A stretch of DNA of 64,000 nucleotides from an uncultured Verrucomicrobiae bacterium (GCA_963772365.1 CAVYXA010000001.1:896001-960000), one strand, 5' to 3'; counted from the first letter of the stretch, positions 19,479 to 30,630 are shown. Made by a program: numbers and translations. Notes: generated by a model not told the origin, from the sequence alone.

Positions 19479-21290
19479 CTAAATGTCCTGGGACAAGATC
19501 AGGACAGAGTACGGCCCGATCCCCACGTTTGCTTGAAAGGGCATTCCGTCTCGCGATGAGCCACCAGCCGAGGTGTCGTAGCCCAATTGGTTTGCAAAAT
19601 CGGCGCCGTAACCCTGCCAGTCGCTGTTCAAACGCACGCGCCAGCCGCCGGCGCGCGGAAATCCCAATGCGTAGCTGTCGTAAGTGCGATTGCCGAAGTT
19701 TGCCACAACGACCACATCATCGCCGGGTCCGCCATGTTCCCAACGATGAAATGCAATCACTTTGTCGATGTTGTTTACATGATGAACGTTGATTTGTTGA
19801 CCGCGAAGGCCGCGTGTCTGATTAAACCAGTTACGGCGCAGCCGGATCAGATCGCGATAGAGAGCCTGAATGCCTGCGTAAGTATCCAGTTTCGTCCAAT
19901 CCAAAGGAGCCGAGTCGCGGAAATATTCGTCTTCAAGAAACTCCTGTCCCTGGAAAATCATGGGAATGCCCGGCGCGGTGAAAACGAGCGCGGCGCCGAG
20001 TGTGGACCGCTTCCGTGAGAACCAGCTTCCAGCGTTGCCGGGCCAAATTTCCTCAGGCACTCGCGCGTGACCATTCGCCACCTCGTCATGCGATTCCGTA
20101 TAAATCACGCGTTGTATCGCATCGCCATTGTAACGGTGATCCAGCGCATCGCGCACGGCATAGAGATTTCGATCGGCATCGTTTTGCGCGATGATTGCAT
20201 TTCGAATCGGATGCACAAATGCGGCATCCCATTGCGACCCGAAGCCTGCTCCGCCCGCGCCAGTGCTCTTGGTGATCCATTCGTTATTCTGCAAATCCTC
20301 GGCAATCGTGATCTTCCACGGCTGGGTGGAACGAATTTCATCATGGATCCATTGCAGGAGACTCCAGCCGTCGGGTAAGTCGCGCCCATCGATGGCTCGG
20401 ATGGTACTGACCGAATCCAACCGCAGACCATCTATTCGATATTTATTTAGCCAGAACAGGGCATTGTCTCGAAGGTACTGCCGCACTTCCGGCTGGCCGT
20501 AATCAGGACGGGTGTCGCCCCATGGCGTGTGCGAGCGTTCGTTGTCATAGAAATAGATGCCGCCATTATGATTCGCATCGCTCCAGCCATCGAAACGCCA
20601 GAGATCGAGATCACCGGGACCGAAATGATTGTAAACAACGTCCATGATCACCGCGATACCTTTGGCGTGTGCTCCTTTGACAAACCGGTAGAGCCCCTGC
20701 GGACCACCTAGCGCCGACTCCACCGCGAAGGGGTCTGAAGGATTGTAACCCCAGGAAAAACTCATCGGAAACTCGAGCACTGGCATGATCTCGATCGCGT
20801 TGATGCCGAGATCGTGAAGATAATCCAGCTTCGGCAACAGATCATCGAATGTGCCCGGGCCGCTCTCCTCCAGATCATTGAAGCTGCCGACGTGCATCTC
20901 ATAAATCACCAGCTCATTCCACGGCGGCATCACGAAATTTTCTCCTGTCCAATCGAAATCAGAATCGTGAACGATCGCGTTACCGGACGAATTCACCACC
21001 TCGCTTGCATACGGATTCTTGTGCCACAGTTCCTGATCTCCATTGCGGATGACGAACTGATATTCATCGCCAATCTTTGCTCCCGGCACCTCCACCGACC
21101 AATAGCCATTGCGCTCGTTGGCAAACGGATTAGCTGTCGCACTCCAATCGTTAAAGTTTCCGGCTGCAGACACGATCGAGGCAAAGGGCGCCCAAACTCG
21201 AAAGGCAACGCCACCGGGATAAAGAATGGTGCCCATTCCCGTCCGCACAGAAGGTGTCGCGGGTGAGCCGAGAACAGGATTATCTCCCAT
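19479..21290 (-). CDS. GH13 glycosidase with CBM48 (branching-enzyme/TreZ-like)
   Basis: FRVWAP, IYEMHVG, WGYNP, DVVYNH, DGLRLD, IAED, ESHDEV. Confidence 0.9.
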   Translation of the reverse strand: MGDNPVLGSPATPSVRTGMGTILYPGGVAFRVWAPFASIVSAAGNFNDWSATANPFANERNGYWSVEVPGAKIGDEYQFVIRNGDQELWHKNPYASEVVNSSGNAIVHDSDFDWTGENFVMPPWNELVIYEMHVGSFNDLEESGPGTFDDLLPKLDYLHDLGINAIEIMPVLEFPMSFSWGYNPSDPFAVESALGGPQGLYRFVKGAHAKGIAVIMDVVYNHFGPGDLDLWRFDGWSDANHNGGIYFYDNERSHTPWGDTRPDYGQPEVRQYLRDNALFWLNKYRIDGLRLDSVSTIRAIDGRDLPDGWSLLQWIHDEIRSTQPWKITIAEDLQNNEWITKSTGAGGAGFGSQWDAAFVHPIRNAIIAQNDADRNLYAVRDALDHRYNGDAIQRVIYTESHDEVANGHARVPEEIWPGNAGSWFSRKRSTLGAALVFTAPGIPMIFQGQEFLEDEYFRDSAPLDWTKLDTYAGIQALYRDLIRLRRNWFNQTRGLRGQQINVHHVNNIDKVIAFHRWEHGGPGDDVVVVANFGNRTYDSYALGFPRAGGWRVRLNSDWQGYGADFANQLGYDTSAGGSSRDGMPFQANVGIGPYSVLILSQDI

Positions 21291-21413
21291 GGGCAGTTCC
21301 GCGAATACAATTCGACCGCTTTGAATCGATTGGCAATTCCACGAAAAGGGAGCCGCCCGAATCAGGAGGTAAAAAATAAAGCGACTCGGGCAGGGCGAAT
21401 CGTCGCAAGTTTT

Positions 21414-21563
21414 TCAATGCCGTTTAAAGTACTGAACGGCCTTCTCGTGTTTCTTCGCCGCCGCTTTACTGTTGAACGTTCCAAGATTTCTTCGCTTGCC
21501 GGTTTTCGGGTTCTTTTTGCGAGAATACAAACGATATTTTCCCGACTTGAGTTTTCTAATCAT
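21414..21563 (-). CDS. Small basic 49-aa protein (missed by the ORF track)
   Basis: Translated by hand: MIRKLKSGKYRLYSRKKNPKTGKRRNLGTFNSKAAAKKHEKAVQYFKRH*; AGGA precedes the ATG; co-oriented with neighbours. Confidence 0.8.
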   Translation of the reverse strand: MIRKLKSGKYRLYSRKKNPKTGKRRNLGTFNSKAAAKKHEKAVQYFKRH

Positions 21564-21596
21564 GATCCTGGTTTCCGATCGAGGCTAGCGTTTACC

Positions 21597-23783
21597 TCAC
21601 CAAATATTTACCCGCTTATCTTCCGGCCGGACCATCTTCGAACCGTTCGGGATATTAAATGCCGTCTGAAACTCGGTCAGATTTGAAAGCGGTCCATCCA
21701 CACGATAATGCGCGGGCGAATGCGGGTCGGTGTTCAAGCGCAGTTTCAAATCTTCATCCCGCTGTTTTGCTTTCCAAATCGTTGCGTAGGAAAGAAAGAA
21801 CCGCTGGTCTGGAATGAACCCATCGATCTTTTGCCCGCGCTGCTGCGGATTTTTTTCGAGCGCTTTCTGAAGCGCGGCATAAGCCAGTTTGACTCCGCCG
21901 AGATCGGCAATGTTTTCGCCCTGGGTCAGCTCGCCGTTGATGTGCAATCCGGGTAGCGGTTCGTAACTGTTGTACTGGTCGACGACGGCTTGCGACCTTT
22001 TCTTGAATTCCGCAGCCGATTGAGGCGACCACCAATCGCGCAAATTTCCCTCCGCATCATATTGACGGCCCTGATCGTCGAACCCATGGGTCATTTCGTG
22101 TCCTATCACGGCGCCGATTCCGCCGTAGTTAATCGCGTCATCCGCATTGGCATAGAAGAATGGCGGTTGCAAGATGCCGGCGGGAAACACGATCTCGTTC
22201 ATGTTCGGGTTGTAGTAAGCGTTCACCGTCGGTGGCGTCATTCCCCACTCCGTAGGATCGACAGGTTTGCCGATTTTTTTTAGCTCTCGGTTTGTTTCCA
22301 ATTCAGCCGCGCGCATCGCGTTTAGAACATACGGACCGCGATCGACGCGCAGCATCGAGTAATCGAGCCATTTGTCCGGATAGCCAATCTTCACGTTCAT
22401 AGCCGCCAGTTTCTTGAGCGCTTCCTGTTTGGTCGGTTCGTCCATCCATTCCAAGGTTTTGATTCGATCGCTGAGCGCTTCCTTCAAGTTGTTCACCAGT
22501 TCCAGCGCACGCGCCTTTGCTTCCGGAGGAAAATTGTAAGCTACGTAAAGTTTGCCTAATGCTTCACCAACTGCCTGATCTGTCGAAGAAATGACCCGCT
22601 TCCAGCGAGGTTTGATTTCCTTCGTTCCGCGCAAGGTCCGCTGGTAAAAATTGAAATCCTCATCTACAAAATCCTTTGAGAGTTCGCCTGCGGCGTCGTT
22701 AACGAGATGCCAGCGTAGATATGCTTTCCAATCCTCCAGCGGCACGCTTTTGAACACGTCATCCGCAGCTTTGAAAAAGTCCGGCTGCTGAACATTGATG
22801 TCACGCGGTGCGATCAGATCGAGTTGTTTAAAATAATCGCTCCACTTCCAATCAGGAGTAAGATCCTCCAGCTGCCGCAACGGCATTTTGTTATAATTCT
22901 TCTGCGGGTCGCGCAGTTCGACGCGCGTGCGTGACGCCTGCGCGAGTTTGGTTTCCAGCGCGAGGATCTTTTTGGCATCTTCACCGGCAGAAGTCGCCGG
23001 CTGCCCAAGCAAAGTCAGCATCTTGGTGACATGATCGACATACTCATCCCTTAGTTTTTTCGAGTCTTCATCGGTCTTCGTGTAATAATCACGATCCGGC
23101 ATACCGAGGCCGCCTTGAAAAGCTTGAGCGATTTCGCGGGAGCTGTCCTTGTCATCCTGTCCGGAGGTAAAATTGAACAGCACACCGGTACCCATGCTGT
23201 GCAGGTGTGAAATTTCTTTCAGCAAATCGTTTCGATCTTTGATGGCAGCAATGCTTTTGAATTCGTCGTCCAACGGTTTGGCCCGAAGCGTCTCGATGGT
23301 CTTTTCATCCATGCCGCTGGCGTAGTAGTCGCCAACCTTCTGCACTTCGGGTGCAAGTTTAGGATCAACGTGGAAGTTCATCGCTTTGTCCGCAATGGTA
23401 TGAAGGGCGTCATTGTTCTTCTCGATCAGCTCGTTAAAACTTCCCCAACGCGAATATTGCGGCGGAATTGTCGTTCGCTTAAGCCAACCGCCGTTGGCGT
23501 ACAAGAAAAAATCGTCCTGCGGTTTGACTGACAAATCCATGTTTTTCGGATCGAGCGGCTGCGGATTTTTGTCGATCTTCGATTGTGGAATGCTGCCGCC
23601 TTTCCTGACAGGAGTGGAAATCGGACGCGGTGGCGGCGCAGCAGCAGGAGGTTTACCCGGTTTATGAACGGTCGGAGGTAGCGTAGCCGTGGAGAGTGGG
23701 CCGGATTTTTCGGACCCGGTCTGCGCATTCAGCATGGACGCGCACAAGAGAAAAATGACAGTGAAAAGAGTGGGCTTAAACAT
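21597..23783 (-). CDS. M13 family metallopeptidase (PepO/neprilysin-like), secreted
   Basis: VNAYY, HEMTH, GENIAD, DPHSP; signal peptide from MFKPTLF at 23783. Confidence 0.95.
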   Translation of the reverse strand: MFKPTLFTVIFLLCASMLNAQTGSEKSGPLSTATLPPTVHKPGKPPAAAPPPRPISTPVRKGGSIPQSKIDKNPQPLDPKNMDLSVKPQDDFFLYANGGWLKRTTIPPQYSRWGSFNELIEKNNDALHTIADKAMNFHVDPKLAPEVQKVGDYYASGMDEKTIETLRAKPLDDEFKSIAAIKDRNDLLKEISHLHSMGTGVLFNFTSGQDDKDSSREIAQAFQGGLGMPDRDYYTKTDEDSKKLRDEYVDHVTKMLTLLGQPATSAGEDAKKILALETKLAQASRTRVELRDPQKNYNKMPLRQLEDLTPDWKWSDYFKQLDLIAPRDINVQQPDFFKAADDVFKSVPLEDWKAYLRWHLVNDAAGELSKDFVDEDFNFYQRTLRGTKEIKPRWKRVISSTDQAVGEALGKLYVAYNFPPEAKARALELVNNLKEALSDRIKTLEWMDEPTKQEALKKLAAMNVKIGYPDKWLDYSMLRVDRGPYVLNAMRAAELETNRELKKIGKPVDPTEWGMTPPTVNAYYNPNMNEIVFPAGILQPPFFYANADDAINYGGIGAVIGHEMTHGFDDQGRQYDAEGNLRDWWSPQSAAEFKKRSQAVVDQYNSYEPLPGLHINGELTQGENIADLGGVKLAYAALQKALEKNPQQRGQKIDGFIPDQRFFLSYATIWKAKQRDEDLKLRLNTDPHSPAHYRVDGPLSNLTEFQTAFNIPNGSKMVRPEDKRVNIW

Positions 23784-23994
23784 CTGACAATAAAGCCTAG
23801 AAGTTTCCATTTGTGCAATGTTTCGTCCGGCCAAAATTTGCATAACGTATCCGCTCCGCTTCACATCTTGCGAAGCTTTTGAAGTGCGCATGCGTCCGCG
23901 CATCGCTTTGTGCGTGAGAGGAGCCATTGGAAAACCGATGCGCGGACGTAGTCGCAGTCCTAAAGCGCTTCCCGCGAAATCGTGAAAACGGATG

Positions 23995-24570
23995 TTATAA
24001 TTCCGGGCGCCGGGCGCGCGGTTCTCGATCCTTTGTAGTCGCTGTCGTTGGGACGGTGACGAATGGCCCACCTTCCATCGGCGCTGCTTTGGAGAACGCG
24101 ATGTCGGGCATCTCGCTCGGCAAACCTTCCAGCGGAAATTCTTTTCGCAATGGAAAGTAGGGATAACCGTCCCACATCAGAATCCGACGCAGATCGGGAT
24201 GACCAATGAACTTAAGTCCCATCATGTCGTAAACCTCGCGCTCGTGCCAATTCGCCGTCGGCCAGATATCGCAAACCGTATCTACCGCGCCGATCTCTTC
24301 CGAGACGCTCAGTTTCAAACGCAAATGAACAGCCAGGGTCATCGAATAAAGTTCGTAAACGATCTCGAACCGCGGTTCTTCGCCGAAATTGTCGATGCTG
24401 GTGATGTCGATCAAATAATCGAAGGAAAGATCATCCCGGCAAAACTTTGCCACTTCTCGCAGATCGTCGGGCGAAATCGTGAAAGTCGTTTCGCCGCGAA
24501 ATTCGGTTTGGTTCAGAATTTTTGAACCGAAAAGTTTGCTGAGTGAGGAAAGAAGTTCCTGGCCAGTCAT
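23995..24570 (-). CDS. nuoC: NADH-quinone oxidoreductase subunit C
   Basis: [32 protein letters not shown] overlaps the nuoB stop. Confidence 0.95.
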   Translation of the reverse strand: MTGQELLSSLSKLFGSKILNQTEFRGETTFTISPDDLREVAKFCRDDLSFDYLIDITSIDNFGEEPRFEIVYELYSMTLAVHLRLKLSVSEEIGAVDTVCDIWPTANWHEREVYDMMGLKFIGHPDLRRILMWDGYPYFPLRKEFPLEGLPSEMPDIAFSKAAPMEGGPFVTVPTTATTKDREPRARRPEL

Positions 24571-25103
24571 GCGATAGCTTCCTGTAATTTTTTCGTGAGC
24601 TCCGGTTTCTGCGCGGCCAGCGAACGTTCGCCGGAAATTTTCTCCTGCAGCTTCATCAATCCCGCCAGCAAGGCTTCCGGGCGCGGCGGACAACCGGAAA
24701 TGTAAACATCGACTGGCAACAATTGATCGATTCCCTGGAGGACTGCATACGAGCGATACATTCCGCCGGTGGACGCGCACGCGCCCATGGCAATGACCCA
24801 TTTTGGCTCCGGCATTTGTTCGTAAATTCGCTTCACCGCTAAAGCCATTTTGTAAGTAACCGTGCCGGAAACGATCATCACGTCGCACTGTCGCGGTGAA
24901 AAACGCATGACTTCAGCGCCGAAACGAGAGATATCGAAGCGCGACGCAGCGGTGGCCATCAATTCAATGGCACAACAGGCCAATCCCATCGGCATCGGCC
25001 AAAGCGAATTCTTATGCACCCAGTTTAAGGCCGCGTCGAGACGCGTGAAAATCACGTTCCCCTCGATCTTCGAATCGTAAGCGGTAGCCTGGGTTTCGGG
25101 CAT
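24567..25103 (-). CDS. nuoB: NADH-quinone oxidoreductase subunit B
   Basis: [24 protein letters not shown]. Confidence 0.97.
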   Translation of the reverse strand: MPETQATAYDSKIEGNVIFTRLDAALNWVHKNSLWPMPMGLACCAIELMATAASRFDISRFGAEVMRFSPRQCDVMIVSGTVTYKMALAVKRIYEQMPEPKWVIAMGACASTGGMYRSYAVLQGIDQLLPVDVYISGCPPRPEALLAGLMKLQEKISGERSLAAQKPELTKKLQEAIA

Positions 25104-25314
25104 ATCAGAACACTAGAAGTCCGACCCAAGGTGGCAAACGGAAAAATGACTACGGAACGTGAATATCGCGTTCAATGCGAGACCGGTGATGGATCATGAC
25201 TATTTGCCAAAAACCCAGGTTTGTGGAAAGAGTGTGAACCGCTTCTTGCCTGAGGCGGTACCGGATTTCAGACGAAAACCGGCGAAAGTACGCAACCACA
25301 GAACCATAATCATC

Positions 25315-27087
25315 ATGAAGAGCGATAGTGCACAATCTCAAGGTCATCTGATCGCGCCGCATGGCGGCGAATTGGTTGACCTTAAGCTGAAACCGGAAAA
25401 TGCCGCAGAACTCAAAGCGCGCTCCAAAGATTTTCCTTCCTGGGATCTGACGAATCGGCAGATCCGCGACCTTGAGCTTCTCATGAGCGGCGGATTCTCG
25501 CCGCTACGCGGTTTTATGAACCGCAAGGATTACGACGGGGTCTGCCACGAGATGAAATTGAGCAATGGCTTGCTCTGGCCAATTCCGATTACGCTCGATG
25601 TGCCGGAGGCGTTTGCGAAATCACTTAAACCCGGGAGCAGCAAAATCGCGCTACGGGATTCGGAAGGCGTGATGCTCGCCGTCCTGTATGTGGAGGATGT
25701 CTGGCAGCCCGATCGCAAGGCCGAAGCGCAAGCTGTTTTGGGAACCACCAACACAGCGCACCCCGGGGTCGATTATCTTCTGAATAGAGGACATGGCTGG
25801 TACGTGGGCGGACGCGTGGAAGGTTTACAATTGCCTACGCATTACGATTTCCGCCCCCTTCGGCTCACACCGTCAGATCTGCGGGAGGAGTTCGTGCGCT
25901 TGGGCTGGCGTCGCATTGTCGGATTCCAGACCCGCAACCCGATGCATCGCGCGCACGTGGAATTAACATTTCGTGCCGCGAGCCAGGTCGAAGCCAGCCT
26001 TTTGATTCATCCATCCGTCGGCATGACCCGACCCGGCGATGTAGATTATTTCACCCGTGTGCGTTGCTACCAGTTGCTTACGTCCAAGTATCCGCGCGGC
26101 ACGGCCAAGCTTGCCTTATTGCCTTTAGCGATGAGGATGGGCGGACCGCGGGAAGCAATCTGGCACGCGCTCATTCGAAAAAATCACGGCTGCTCGCATT
26201 TTATTGTGGGGCGCGATCACGCAGGTCCAGGGAACGATGTCGATGGTAAGCCATTCTATGGCCCATATGACGCACAGGAGCTGTTCCGCAAACACCAGGC
26301 CGAGATTGGCGTCGAGATGGTGCCGTTCCAAATGATGGTCTATGTAGAGGATCGCGATAAATATTTCCCGGAAAACGAAGTGCCACCGGGCTCGCGGGTG
26401 CTTACTCTCTCAGGGACGCAATTGCGGCGACGGCTAAACGACGGCCGCGAAATTCCGGAGTGGTTCACGTTTCCCGAAATCTCGCGCGAACTGCGGCGCA
26501 CCTTTGCGCCACGGCATAAACAAGGGATGACCATATTTTTTACCGGTCTCTCGGGTGCAGGTAAATCAACGATCGCGAACGTGCTAATGATTAAGCTTCT
26601 CGAAATGGGCGGCCGGCCCGTGACGTTGCTCGACGGAGATCTGGTGCGAAAACATCTCTCTTCAGAACTCGGTTTTTCAAAGGAACATCGCGACATCAAC
26701 ATTCGCCGCATTGGTTACGTTGCCTCCGAGATCACGAAGAACGGCGGTATCGCGATCTGCGCACCGATTGCGCCGTATGATACCACCCGCAAGGACGTGA
26801 GAACAATGATCGAGCCTGTTGGTGGCTTCGTCCTGGTGCACCTTTCTACCCCCGTCGAAGTCTGCGAAGAACGCGACCGAAAAGGACTCTATGCGAAAGC
26901 ACGTGCCGGCATCTTGAAGGAATTTACTGGAATATCAGATCCGTACGAAGAGCCGACGGACGCGGAGGTGACGGTTGACACAGGGGAGCTGTCGCCTGAG
27001 GAAGCTGCTCAGGAGATCATCTTGCATTTGGAACGAGAAGGCTTCGTCGGCATCAATGTCGCGACGCCGGATTCAATTACCACGTAG
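25315..27087 (+). CDS. sat: Bifunctional sulfate adenylyltransferase / adenylylsulfate kinase
   Basis: QTRNPMHRAH, VGRDHAG, then the CysC domain GLSGAGKST and LDGD. Confidence 0.95.
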   Translation: MKSDSAQSQGHLIAPHGGELVDLKLKPENAAELKARSKDFPSWDLTNRQIRDLELLMSGGFSPLRGFMNRKDYDGVCHEMKLSNGLLWPIPITLDVPEAFAKSLKPGSSKIALRDSEGVMLAVLYVEDVWQPDRKAEAQAVLGTTNTAHPGVDYLLNRGHGWYVGGRVEGLQLPTHYDFRPLRLTPSDLREEFVRLGWRRIVGFQTRNPMHRAHVELTFRAASQVEASLLIHPSVGMTRPGDVDYFTRVRCYQLLTSKYPRGTAKLALLPLAMRMGGPREAIWHALIRKNHGCSHFIVGRDHAGPGNDVDGKPFYGPYDAQELFRKHQAEIGVEMVPFQMMVYVEDRDKYFPENEVPPGSRVLTLSGTQLRRRLNDGREIPEWFTFPEISRELRRTFAPRHKQGMTIFFTGLSGAGKSTIANVLMIKLLEMGGRPVTLLDGDLVRKHLSSELGFSKEHRDINIRRIGYVASEITKNGGIAICAPIAPYDTTRKDVRTMIEPVGGFVLVHLSTPVEVCEERDRKGLYAKARAGILKEFTGISDPYEEPTDAEVTVDTGELSPEEAAQEIILHLEREGFVGINVATPDSITT

Positions 27088-27103
27088 CCGCAGCCGAAAG
27101 CGA

Positions 27104-27529
27104 GTGATTGAGATTCGCGAGGCAAAGTTGAGCGATGCCGGGGCCGTTGCTCAACTAATGTGCGAACTAGGCTATCCCACGACTGCTGTAGAAATGGAAC
27201 AGCGGTTGACCTCGATCCTTGCAAACTCTTCCTACAAGACTTTGATTGCGATTGTCGATGGTCGCGCCTGCGGAATGATCGGCACGATTGTTCAATCCAG
27301 CTATGAACATAACGATCCAGGCGGCCGAATTCTCGCCCTCGCAATATCGCAAACGATGCGCCGCCGCGGAATTGGTCGTGCGCTGATTGCAACTGCAGAA
27401 AAAGACTTTGCCCAAAAAGGAATCAGGCGCGTCGCTTTGAACACACGGCTTGTCCGCGAAGATGCCCACAAGTTCTATGAGTCGCTCGGTTACGAACGGA
27501 ACGGCTGGCGATTCGTGAAAAATCTCTAG
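27104..27529 (+). CDS. GNAT family N-acetyltransferase
   Basis: MRRRGIGRAL, AHKFYESLGY; probable GTG start. Confidence 0.88.
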   Translation: MIEIREAKLSDAGAVAQLMCELGYPTTAVEMEQRLTSILANSSYKTLIAIVDGRACGMIGTIVQSSYEHNDPGGRILALAISQTMRRRGIGRALIATAEKDFAQKGIRRVALNTRLVREDAHKFYESLGYERNGWRFVKNL

Positions 27530-30500
27530 GCCACGCACGTGGCCAGTCGTCCCCCCTCGATGTGCCCGCCATAATTCACATGGCTGGATTGGATGACTTC
27601 ATGGACGATTTTGCCGAGCTCGGCTGCTTCGTACGGTTTCGCAATCACGCCGCGGAAACCGAAATCTTGATAGCGGCTCATGGTTGCATCCGTAGCATAA
27701 CCACTGGAGACGATAGCGTTCACGGTGGGATCGATCTCGATCAGTTTTTTCAACGCTTCCTTACCACCCATGCCGCCGGGCAGAGTTAGGTCGAGAATGA
27801 CAGCATCGAAACGTTCTCCGGCCTCGAGCTTTTGCCGGTAGTAATTGATTCCTTCGAGCGCGGTCGCGGCCGCCGTTACCTGATAGCCAAGACGGCCGAG
27901 AGTAAATTCGACGAGCGCGCGGATCGCTTCCTCATCATCGACAACCAGAATGCGACCGCTTCCGGTCATTGCCTGTGTAAAGCTGGGAGACTGTTCGACC
28001 GGCAATTCCTGATGGAGCGCGGCGGGGAGATATACATTGAAGGTGGAGCCGGCATGTACCTCGGATTCGACCGTGATGAGGCCGTTGTGGCTCTTGATTA
28101 TCGAATAGGAAGTCGCCAGACCGAGGCCATTTCCTTTCGGCTTCGTGGTAAAGTACGGATCGAAAATCCTCTTGAGATACTGCTCGGGAATTCCGACACC
28201 CTCATCACGAATTCGAATACGAATGTAATCGCCGGGAGACAAATCGGGAATGGTTTGGCCGGTGGTGGAATCGCAGCGGAAATTCTCGCAGCTCACGTGG
28301 AGTGTCCCGCCATTGGGCATCGCCTGATCGGCATTGACCACCAGATTGGCTATGACCTGACTGATTTGACCGGGATCGATCTCCGCCGGCCAAAGATCGG
28401 CGCCGAAGGAAAATTGGCTGCGGCTGTGGCTCCCGCGCAATGAGAAACCGACCGTATCCTGAATCAGCTTGCCGATCGAAGTAGTCTTCTTGATAGGCGC
28501 ACCGCCGCGGGCAAATGTCAGGAGCTGCTGAGCAAGGTCGCGGGCGCGCATCGATGCATTTTTGGCATCAATCAGGCGCGTGGCCATTTCGTCGTTCGGC
28601 GGAAGAAGCAGTGAAGCGAGCGAGACGTTGCCGATGATCGCGGTGAGAAGATTATTGAAATCGTGCGCAATGCCGCCTGCAAGCAATCCGAGTTGTTCCA
28701 GCGTTTCCGCTTTCCGTCGTTCCGCTTCCGCCCGCTGCCGCTCGGTAATATCGCGGAAAACCAGGACGACGCCCGCTACTTCATTCTTATTATCTCGAAT
28801 GGGCGAGGCCACCTGTTCGACAGTGCGCTCGCTGCCGTCGCGGGCCACCAGAGTCGCATTTTCCGGAAGACTAAGGAGAATGGATTGAGCTTCATTTCGA
28901 TAGCCGCTTTGTTGAGCGCGCTCCTGTGCGGCGAGATCGAGAACCATATTGAACACCGATTTGAGCGGCTTGCCGACTGACTCCTGTGAGGACCAGCCGG
29001 TCAGACGTTCCGCTTCGTTGTTCATCATGATGATGCGCCCCTGCACATCGGTCGTGATCACTCCATCGCCTATCGAACGCAGCGTAACCGCGAGGCTCTC
29101 TTTTTCCGCCGCGATCTCCTTTTCGAATCGCATCCGCTCCGTCACGTCACGCACCATTGCGACATAAAACTGCTGACCATCTACAAGCATCTCGCTGAGT
29201 GAAATCTCAGCGTGGAAACTCACCAGATTGCGGGTGCGGCCGAGACCCAGAATCGTACTCCCGGTGCGTTTAGCCATTTCTCGCCAGGCAATTGCAACGG
29301 GTTTGTCCTCAGGTTCGTTCCCGTACCACTTCGGAACGAGCTTCGTGAGTTTGTAACCCGTCATTTCATTTTCGCGGTAGCCGAACATTTTTTCCGCCGC
29401 TGGATTCATCGAACAAATCACGCCCTGTTCATCCAGCGTGATCATTCCATCGAGAATGTTGTGGATGATGGATTGAATACGGGTTTCGACTCCTTCGAGT
29501 TTGGTCAACTGCCGCCGAACGAGCACGAAGCTGTAACTGTTCGAAGTCACCAGAAGCGCCACTGCGAGCAAGGCCAGACACCCAAGGACGAGAGTTCTGA
29601 TGATGCGAGAATGGCTAGCCGCATTCGTCCGCGCCTCATAAATGTTGAGCTCATTTTTCTCCAAGTTGCCAACCGTTTGTTGAAGGTCGTTGACCAAGGT
29701 TTCGCTCGAATCGGTGGAGACCGTTGCGGTCAAACCCTGCCCCGCGCGCCGGCTTTCGATTTCCGGTGTGGCTGCTTTGAGCCATTGTTCGAGATTCGCA
29801 CGGACGTTCGCCAGCATTTCTGCTTGTTTCGGAGCATTCGCCACCAGCACCGACAGATATCCATGATAGGTGTAGAAATCACTCAGCGCGCCTTTGTATG
29901 CCTCGAGATACTTGGAATCACCGGTTAGCAAAAATCCCCGTTTTTCCTTCTGCATTTCGACGACGGCCCGCTCCAATTTTGGTAGAAAATTGAGAATCTG
30001 GGTGGATTTGGTAGCCCATTCCTGTTCCAACATCCGCTGATTAAGAATGATTTGTTCTTCGTCCTGGAGTGATTGCAGAATCTCCCGAGCCTGATTTAAA
30101 ACCGGATCGCCTAGATCTATTGGGTTACCGTCCGGGTTAGAGGTTTCCTTTTTACGGTTCTCGATTTGTGGCAGAGCGACTTTGTCGATCCAGTTTTGCA
30201 CGACATCCTGCACTTTCATAACCCGCTGGCGCTGTTTGGCATTGTGAGCGACCAACGAAGCCAATGTTTGCGTCCGGCTATTTATAGAATTGCGGCGTTC
30301 GTCGAACGAGGTGATGTAAGAAGGCTCTTTGCTAAGCAAGAAACCGCGATAGGCTGTTTCAAGAGTGGCGATATCATTTTCAACGACGCTGCTCAGGCGC
30401 ATCACTTCGATGGTATGAGCACGTAAGACGTCTTGATAGTGATCGCGAAATGTGACGTAGAGGAAAATTCCGGCCAGCAGAACAATCACCGTCACGCCTG

Positions 30501-30630
30501 CCGCAGTGCCCGAGAGCACTTTAAAATGAAAATGTTGTTGGCTGAAAAGCCAGTCCGTGCTTCTTCGGAATAATCCGAATAAGCCGCGTCGTGGTATTTC
30601 GCTCTGGTTAGGCAGATCGGCTTGTCCCAT
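27526..30630 (-). CDS. Hybrid sensor histidine kinase (2 TM, tandem CHASE3-like, 2 PAS, HisKA, HATPase, REC)
   Basis: RGFLL motif twice; GIAHDFNNLL; DEGVG, FDPYFTTK, GNGLGL; ILVVDDE..DLTLP; own ATG at 30630. Confidence 0.93.
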   Translation of the reverse strand: MGQADLPNQSEIPRRGLFGLFRRSTDWLFSQQHFHFKVLSGTAAGVTVIVLLAGIFLYVTFRDHYQDVLRAHTIEVMRLSSVVENDIATLETAYRGFLLSKEPSYITSFDERRNSINSRTQTLASLVAHNAKQRQRVMKVQDVVQNWIDKVALPQIENRKKETSNPDGNPIDLGDPVLNQAREILQSLQDEEQIILNQRMLEQEWATKSTQILNFLPKLERAVVEMQKEKRGFLLTGDSKYLEAYKGALSDFYTYHGYLSVLVANAPKQAEMLANVRANLEQWLKAATPEIESRRAGQGLTATVSTDSSETLVNDLQQTVGNLEKNELNIYEARTNAASHSRIIRTLVLGCLALLAVALLVTSNSYSFVLVRRQLTKLEGVETRIQSIIHNILDGMITLDEQGVICSMNPAAEKMFGYRENEMTGYKLTKLVPKWYGNEPEDKPVAIAWREMAKRTGSTILGLGRTRNLVSFHAEISLSEMLVDGQQFYVAMVRDVTERMRFEKEIAAEKESLAVTLRSIGDGVITTDVQGRIIMMNNEAERLTGWSSQESVGKPLKSVFNMVLDLAAQERAQQSGYRNEAQSILLSLPENATLVARDGSERTVEQVASPIRDNKNEVAGVVLVFRDITERQRAEAERRKAETLEQLGLLAGGIAHDFNNLLTAIIGNVSLASLLLPPNDEMATRLIDAKNASMRARDLAQQLLTFARGGAPIKKTTSIGKLIQDTVGFSLRGSHSRSQFSFGADLWPAEIDPGQISQVIANLVVNADQAMPNGGTLHVSCENFRCDSTTGQTIPDLSPGDYIRIRIRDEGVGIPEQYLKRIFDPYFTTKPKGNGLGLATSYSIIKSHNGLITVESEVHAGSTFNVYLPAALHQELPVEQSPSFTQAMTGSGRILVVDDEEAIRALVEFTLGRLGYQVTAAATALEGINYYRQKLEAGERFDAVILDLTLPGGMGGKEALKKLIEIDPTVNAIVSSGYATDATMSRYQDFGFRGVIAKPYEAAELGKIVHEVIQSSHVNYGGHIEGGRLATCVA

